From contig OX597835.1 of NCBI GenBank assembly GCA_951406725.2, positions 5,394,001 to 5,458,000 of the forward strand: a DNA stretch of 64,000 bases, in the 5' to 3' direction. Under the pieces are notes generated by a model. It did not search any database and had not been told where the DNA came from. It saw only the letters and a list, made by a program, of their open reading frames with translations. Below are positions 56,020 through 64,000 of this stretch, in pieces; position 1 is the first letter of the stretch, and every line of letters starts with the position of its first letter. Both the position numbers and the translations under genes were made by a program. This stretch comes from Octopus vulgaris. Taxonomy: Eukaryota.

Positions 56020-56690
56020 ACAGCATGAAGAAACTTCTTAAGGTGCGGAATAAGGAACAGGTGATAGAGTGTGGATTAGAAGAAAAAGATAAGAATAAAA
56101 TTCAAAGAGAGCACGTTAGACAGATTGATGAGAAGCTTCTGCATGGTCAAATATAGAGAGTCACTGGGCCTGGTAAAAAAAAAAGAAGGCAATTTAAAAA
56201 AGAAACAGAGGGCCTAATTGTAGCAGCCTAGGATCAAGCATTAAAAACAAACAACTTGAGGAAAAGTGCATGTGGGGAGAATGTATCAGAAAATTTAGAG
56301 TCTATGGAACTTGGGACGAGACAGCGGCACACATTGTTGCAGAATGACCCAAGTTGGCACAGCAAGAATATAAGAAATGTAGGCATGACCAAAATTTAGA
56401 AGTTTTACACTGAAAGCTCTGCCAGAAATGGGGATTTTTAAGCTGGAGACATAATGATCGGGTCAAAAGAGTGCTGGAGTCGGAGAATTGTAAGATTATG
56501 TGGGACTTTCTAATTCAAACGGACAAGAAGCTAGAAAAAATAGATCAGATATATAGCAATAATGGACAAAGAAAAGCGAAGCTGTTTGTTAATAGATCTG
56601 TTATGTCCGTTTGATTCTACGATCGTAAACAAAGAAGGCAAAAAGAAAAATACTATCCCTTAAAATTTGAAATTGCCCGAATTGGGGGAG
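56020..56690 (+). mobile_element. R4/Dong-clade LINE remnant (zinc knuckle + RLE endonuclease)
   Basis: KKETEGLIVAA*DQAL...DETAAHIVAE*PKLAQQEY..RHD...KIMWDFLIQTD...LIDLLCPFD; adjacent to (GAT)n. Confidence 0.85.
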
Positions 56691-57179
56691 ATGGTGAGAT
56701 GTTGAGAGGGGTGACGATGGAAGGGAGGGTTGGAAAGATGGAGAGGGAATGGAGAGGTGGTGGTTAGTGAAATGTGTAATGTTTTATAACTATTTCCCTC
56801 CGTTACTTAGCCCGTCTGTAACGCTTTCACGTATTTAGTTGCAGGGAAAGGTGAAGAGAGAAAGAAAAAGGAGAGAGAAAAAGAGGGTAAGGCGAAAACT
56901 GAGAAGGAAAGAGGAAGGGTGCTGTGTATTAAGTCTATGAAATTGTGCATATAAGAATATAACGTGGAAAATAAAATACAATAAGTAATCACCGTCGTCT
57001 AATTTCCTCCCCTTTTCAATGATTAGCAGATGAACGAATATCTTTTGATACACTCACAACTGAGGCTACGCTTTCTGGTTTTTTGGATAAAGTTATCAGA
57101 AATAACCCAATAATTTTACCATTAACTCCGTGAAATATTCCCGAGTCCGGCTAGTAATTATAATAAATTAATTTAACTA

Positions 57180-57345
57180 GCTTAGTAAATATACGTAACT
57201 GGAAATTGAAATAGAAAAGATGTGGCATATTAAAGCAAAAATACTTCTCGTTATTGTAGATACCCTTGGTATGACAAAAAAGATGTCAGAAACATCCACA
57301 TAACATCTCAGAAGAACCATATCTCTTAGAAATCCCATCCTTAGA
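57180..57345 (+). mobile_element. R4/Dong LINE extreme C-terminal fragment
   Basis: LEIEIEKMWHIKAKILLVIVDTLG resembles the R4 end motif L..EI.RMW...VIVGALG. Confidence 0.55.
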
Positions 57346-58098
57346 AAATCCGTATCGATTTAAATGCATTTAGTCAGTAAAGTATAATGTTTCTAAACTG
57401 AGAGTCAGGTGTTCAAGTCCCTCTGCGGGCGCCGCCAATACGTATTTTGCCGTGCCTCAGTATGGCCAGTGTCTAACGATTGAATCAGATGAAAATATTA
57501 TTAGTGAAGCCAACGGATCAAAGCGGCCATATTTACTGATTAAAATTGTTAGTGATAAGCACCAAAACAACTCTTTTGTTGTTGTTCCTGGAAAGTTATC
57601 AAAATTATAATTGCCCACCACCTCGTAGAAGGCCACAGGCTCTACTGCTGCCACACCTTCTTCAAAGTAAATGATAAAGAAGAGAACTTAATTGTGTAGC
57701 TCATTACAAACTGATAGTTTAATGTCTGTAATTATAATAGGTCACGTGACAAAACTTCTGTTCTTGTTGCTTAAGCCAACATCAATCTTTAAGTTGTTGA
57801 TTTGCTGATGTTGGTGGTCTTATTAAATCAATGATAGTAGTGATGATGATGATGGTGGTGGTGGTGGTGGTGGTGTCTTTCTCTGTAGGTGATGGGGGGG
57901 GGGTAGGGTAATGGTTGGTGGCAGCGAAAACTGGAGAGGATAGTGATGTGAATAGTTCACGTGATGGTAACAACGTTAGTGGAGACGATACACGCTCGCG
58001 CACACACACGCACACACGCATACACGCACACACGCACACACACAAACACACACACTGTGTGTATGTATGTATGCATATATGTATATATATAGGCATAC

Positions 58099-58152
<54 letters not shown>

Positions 58153-58223
58153 ATATATATATGTGTGTATGTATATATATATATCTATATATGCATATAT
58201 GTATATATAGGCATACATATATG

Positions 58224-58312
<89 letters not shown>

Positions 58313-58360
58313 ATCCATATATATATATCTATATAATAATGTATGTATATATAGGCATAC

Positions 58361-58434
<74 letters not shown>

Positions 58435-59059
58435 GCATATAAATTTAAAAATAAGGATAAAATCTTTATAAGAAATTATCAGTAGTTAGCGTGAAAAACC
58501 TCGTAAGAGAAAAAATCTGTAAATTTTTTCAACTTTGAAAATACTTATATATATTATATAGAGGGTACTATTATTCATAGGTACCCCACGCTAGGAGGGA
58601 CTTTTGCAGTCAAAACTACTAAAACAAACAAATTGTACCGAATGCAAAACTTCAAAGCGAATCATTTAAAAACAGTATATGTATATATGTATATATATAT
58701 ATAGGCATACATATGTATATATATGTGTGTGTGGGTGTGTGTGTGTGGGGGGGGGGGCGTGTGTGTGATGATAATGGTGTTGATGATAGTTGCTATAGTA
58801 CTAATAGCTGTGATAGAAGTGGTAGTCGTAGTAGCGCTGGAGGTAATGATAGATATGGTTGAGTTGGAGGATGTTGCTGTAACGGTGGTGTTTTGATGGT
58901 GACTGAAGCCCTGATGTCAGTCATGGTGATAGAAGTGGAGTGATGGCGGTGGTAATGTGTTTTGGAGAGACTGATGCGGCTGAACTCGTCATTTTGTGGA
59001 CTAAGGCGTAGGAGGAAACGCCCCACATTTCCGTCTCTACTAACCAGTAATGATAGTTT

Positions 59060-59460
59060 CAAATCTTGGTGTAGGGCCAGTAGTTTTTCAGGGAAGGGGG
59101 GAAGTCGATTATATCGATCCAGTATTTGACTGGTACATACTTTATAGTCTCCGAAAGGGTGAAAGGCAAAGCCTACCTCGGTGGAATTTGAACTCAGAGC
59201 GAAAAGTTGGACGAAATACTGCTAAGCATTTTGTGCGGCGTGTTTACAATTCTGTCTGCTCGCCGTCCTTTCTATTATAGACACAAGGCCTGAAATTTTT
59301 GGGAAGTGGGCAAGTCGGTTACATCGTCTCCAGTGCTCAACTGGTACTTATTTTATCGACCCCGAAAGAATGAAAGGGAACACCAATCTCAACGGAAATT
59401 GAAATCAAGACGAAAAGTCGAACGAAATACAGCTAAGCATTCTGTCAGCTCGCCGCCTTA
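59060..59460 (-). mobile_element. Two tandem diverged SINE family A-related copies
   Basis: ctggtacttattttatcgaccccgaaagaatgaaagg; gaatttgaactcagagc...gctaagcatt. Confidence 0.75.
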
Positions 59461-59499
59461 TTACGCTCTGAGCACAGCATGAAAATGGTACAAACATGA

Positions 59500-60055
59500 A
59501 AACAGAGGGCGTCACTGAGAACAATGGATACAAGTTCTTGTGGGATCTTACAATTCACCATGTGACTCCTTAATCGATACTCGGAGACCAGACATTATTA
59601 TGGTGAATCAAGAAAAAGAAAGGAAACCAAGATCATAGATGTTGACATACCTGGAGATGCACGCGTGGATGACAACGAGCAAAATGAAATTGCAAGAATG
59701 TGAGCAACGAGGAGAGTAACTGTCATTCCAGGAGTTTTAGGGGCATTCTGAGCATTAATAACTAGGTTCGAGAAATATGTCGGAGGAATTGGAATTAACT
59801 TGAAGGCCAAGAAAGCCCCCCAAAACTGGTCTCTCGAGGACAGCTAGGATATTAAGATTGGTAATTGGGTGTTCAGTGTCTTCCACGATAAGTTAACATC
59901 CAACTCTCAAAGGTTGTAATGGGTGGACAGAGACGTTGTGAGACATCTGACGACAGGTTGCTGTCCGCTCCCCCAGAATGAGTCAGAGCAATTAAGATCG
60001 AGATCTCTGAGAAGTAAAATCATAACAACAACAACAACAATAATAATAGTAATAA
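59500..60055 (+). mobile_element. R4/Dong LINE 3' fragment (RLE domain + 3' UTR + (AAC)/(AAT) tail)
   Basis: ENNGYKFLWDLTI...RRPDIIMV...IIDVDIPGD...VTVIPGVLGA. Confidence 0.8.
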
Positions 60056-60171
60056 TGATTTCTTTTATTTGTCGGCAGGGCTGAGGATGAGTGGGGGCAA
60101 TATAAAGATAAGTATCATGCATGAGGGTTTAGACATAGTGAAAAAAATGGGAAAATATATATATATATGTA

Positions 60172-60238
<67 letters not shown>

Positions 60239-60455
60239 GTATATAATATAACAAACGAAGGAAAAAACGATTCCTTCAAAAGCGTGTAAAACATCCAATT
60301 CACTGGTGTGGAAGTTGAATACCAAAGAAGTAGGGGTATAGATAGGGGTATAGATACGAATTGCAAATTATAAATTAAATAGAGAAATACAATTGCTAAT
60401 CTAACACTCCGAAACAGCTGTATTTATCGGAGAAACAAAAAGAGAAGTCACTTAC

Positions 60456-60530
<75 letters not shown>

Positions 60531-60649
60531 GATAGATAGATAGATAGATAGATAGGTAGATAGATATGTCAATTGAAACGTACGTACCTACCTACGTACT
60601 TGCGTATCTGCCTGCCTACCTATTTAAATGCATATGCGTTTATACGTAG

Positions 60650-60835
60650 GCACACACACACACACACACACACACAAATGCGACCGTCAACTACACTGTT
60701 CCATCTACGAAGTTCACTCACAGAGGCATTGGCTGGTTCGGGGTTATAATAGAATATACCACGCGGTGGAATAGAACTCGAAAGCAAGGGATCGCAAAGC
60801 GAATGTCTTAACCGCTCATCCTCACAGCCATCCAC
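60650..60835 (-). mobile_element. Old diverged SINE family B-like copy
   Basis: gttccatctacgaagttcactcacagaggcattggctggttcggggttataatagaa...cagccatcc. Confidence 0.55.
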
Positions 60836-61169
60836 ACGTTTGGAACACAATAGAATGGCCGTTGAAAGGAAACGAACCAGTGCTCCATTTCCGGTTGTCA
60901 GTAAAGCACATCAAATCGTGTGTATGTGAACTTCGCATCATCCTGACCGCCTCGAATGTTCGTTATATAAGAGAACAATGGACAGCAACTATGGAAGGAC
61001 ATCAATGTAGTAACCACCACACCACACAAGTATCAATAGACGCTACGTGTGATATATTGTCAAATATTTATTTCCGCACTATAATTACATCGTCATCCTT
61101 TCATAATTCATCTCTGTTTCACAATGGTGCTAATAGATTTCATAGGAGAAGATAGATTGTCGTATTAGA

Positions 61170-61247
61170 GTGTGTGTGTGTGTGTATGTGTGTGTGTATG
61201 TGTGTGTGTATGTGTGTGTGTATGTGTGCGTCTCTCTCCCTTTCTAC

Positions 61248-61313
<66 letters not shown>

Positions 61314-61598
61314 GTGTGTGTGTGTATAAATATATCAGTATATATGTATAAATATACATATATATGTATACATACATATATATATATATATATTCATGCA
61401 TACGTCTAAATGCATATACATATGTATATATATATATAGTATATATAAATATATATATACATATATATGTGTGCAAATATGTATATATATATGCATATAT
61501 ATATATATACATAAATATTTATATATATATGCATATATATATATATATACACACACATATATATACACATATTTATATTCATGCATACGTTTAAATGC

Positions 61599-61670
<72 letters not shown>

Positions 61671-62076
61671 TATATATATATACACATATATATGTGTGTA
61701 AATATGTATATATATACATATATATACATAAATATTTTTATATACATACACACACATATATATACACATATTTATATACATGCATAGGTTTACATACATA
61801 TCTGTATGTATATATCTACAATATTTGAATATACATATACATCTATATACATGCATATATATATATATACATATATATATATACATCTATATACATGCAT
61901 ATATATATATATATATATATAAACGCACACACAGACGTATATATACAATTAACGTAATATATATATACATACATATAAATATATGTATATGCATATGTAT
62001 AGATACATATATATGCACACGCATATATATGTATGTGTGTGTCTATATACATATATATATATCTATATCTATCTGC

Positions 62077-62163
<87 letters not shown>

Positions 62164-62640
62164 CATACATACATATATACATATATATATATATGCATGT
62201 ACATACACTACAGACACACAAGTATACACATATAGATACTCTGACATAACGCATATATCAGTTACTCACGCAGGAATTCACATAATTGTGGAACTGACGA
62301 CTGAAACGAAAACGCTTTGTCATTTAGTTGGTCGTCATCATCATCCTCATCATCATCATCATCATCAGCGTCACAGCCGCCATGTCCCACGGCCCACCAC
62401 CACCACCACCACCACCACCACCACCACCACCACCACCACCACCAGCACTACCACCACCACCACCATCCCCACCATCACTACCACAATGCAATATACTCGC
62501 ATGATCATCATGATCTCCATCTCTCACACTGTCATCACCACCACCACCACCACCACCACCACCACCACCACCACCACTGCTACCCTCATCGCTATCATCC
62601 TTCATTAAGACCCCCCCCCCGCCGCCGCCCCGCCTTTTCT
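61170..62640. repeat. (TG)/(TA)/(TATC)/(CAT)/(CAC)n microsatellite field
   Basis: Read directly; source of the poly-His/Thr/Gly ORFs. Confidence 0.92.
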
Positions 62641-63062
62641 TAATATCCTCTCATGATGTGAGAAGACATCGAGTTGTTAGCAGCATTAGTTGGACACAAT
62701 AAGCCGATTATAGGTGTTGATTCCATTTAGTTGGAGCTTTTGAATTCGAACCTCGGCTCCGTTCTTTCTGCCTTTCATCCGTTTCCAAAGAACGTTGATG
62801 GTAGACAGGTAGGTTGCTAAAATACCTTAGCGTAATACACAGCTAATGACTTAGTCGTTTTATTTCTTTCTCTAAGGAAACCGACGTCTCGAAGAAAACA
62901 CTTATATGCTTTCTCTGATTAACAGCCTAGTGTCTCCTCTTCAATATATTTTATATTAATGGAAGGAACCGATCGTCATGGCTATGAATATTATCACCAT
63001 GGTTGTAAGAATATCATAAGAATATCACTTTTTAATAAACCAGAATAATCAACATCTATCTT

Positions 63063-63160
<98 letters not shown>

Positions 63161-63654
63161 GATCTATCTGTCTGTCTATCAGACTTTCTGTCTGTCTACC
63201 TGCCTGTCTGCCTGCCTGCTTGTCTGCCTGTTTGCCTGCCTGTCTTTGTCTATCTGTCTATAATCCTTATGCGCGCACACTCACACGCATGCACACATAC
63301 ATACATACGACCACCATAAATATACATATTCATCAATATATCACGAAAATCAATGTCTGCTATCAATACATCTATCATCAATATACATTTCCGACGCCAC
63401 CATCACCATCACCATCATTAGCACCAGTGCCTGCACCACCACCACCAACAACAACAGCATCATCACCATCATCGTCGTGGTTGTTAGTTTTCTAGGTTCT
63501 CCACCCGTGTCATTTCATGTTTAGGATATAAAACATTCTCAATAACTCTGAGAAACTCCAAGACATCCACCCTCAAGTTGGAAGGAAGCAGGGTTACATG
63601 CCATTTCCCACCGGGAATTTGTGGATTCTATGGTAACAACTTTCAGTTCTCAAT

Positions 63655-64000
63655 ACCTTCATGTATCAGGAAGGACAATATAAAATATTGCCCACGAAGA
63701 CATCGGGTACAACAAGTCTTATGTGATGAGATGAGGTAAATTCATTTCAGAAATATATCAAAGGAAAATCGTTTGATCAGATTTAAAAGGCTTTTAACCA
63801 AAGGACATGACATGATTTGGTTTTTCTCAGGTGAGAAAAACTTTGACAAAGACCAGAAAATTAACAGAAAATGACAAATCGTTATGTTCACATCCTTCTG
63901 AATTTCGAACAGTCACGCATATAAACTTTCCTGCAATTGTCGTGGCTTTTGGAGTTGTCAGCAATGAAAGACATATGATGCTTCCTCGCTTCTTTCCAGA
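63655..64000 (+). mobile_element. Tc1/mariner (maT/DD37D-like) transposase remnant, runs off the window end
   Basis: Broken translation LHVSGRTI*NIAHEDIGY..KSYVMR..KENRLIRFKRLL..WFFSGEKNFDKDQKIN..FPAIVVAFGVVSNERHMMLPRFFP. Confidence 0.8.

Noticed and set aside
57365-57435. tRNA-like sequence (ggtgttcaagtccc B box)
   Set aside because: No complete cloverleaf; probably a decayed SINE head. All other tRNA-like segments are SINE heads.
60300-60432. ctggtgtggaag...ctccGAAAC-AGCT-GTA possible long-stem-II HHR
   Set aside because: 5' core has two or more mismatches and stem I is unconvincing.
63496-63735. 240-bp stop-free segment bounded by ttttctAG and AG|GTAAAT, resembling a symmetric exon
   Set aside because: Its 3' part is an out-of-frame reading of the Tc1/mariner remnant and the peptide matches nothing I recognise; likely chance unless RNA-seq shows junctions.

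Overview
AT-rich eukaryotic non-genic (intergenic or intronic) DNA, saturated with microsatellites. The SINE families and repeat landscape resemble those of a coleoid cephalopod, most likely Octopus (inference from recalled repeat families, not a search). No intact host protein-coding gene, rRNA, true tRNA or CRISPR array is supported, and almost all listed ORFs are microsatellite artefacts. The window is a mosaic of three tRNA-derived SINE families, LINE remnants (Tx1/L1-like, RTE, CR1/L2-like, R4/Dong, Hero/NeSL-like), Tc1/mariner, Chapaev3, hAT-MITE and non-autonomous Helitron elements, plus Penelope-like element (PLE) remnants. The main signal is a set of type-I hammerhead ribozyme (HHR) motifs (CUGANGA, stem II, GAAAC, palindromic stem III, GUH) in several largely unrelated short elements, most flanked by (TA)n or (CA)n. 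Some are near-perfect fold-back palindromes, one carrying a complete HHR on each strand (9708-10056), and some have greatly extended stem II. A second notable item is a complete 2.24-kb ORF1-only (HAL1-like) retroelement with a 17-bp target-site duplication (TSD). All coordinates were counted by hand and may be off by a few bases.
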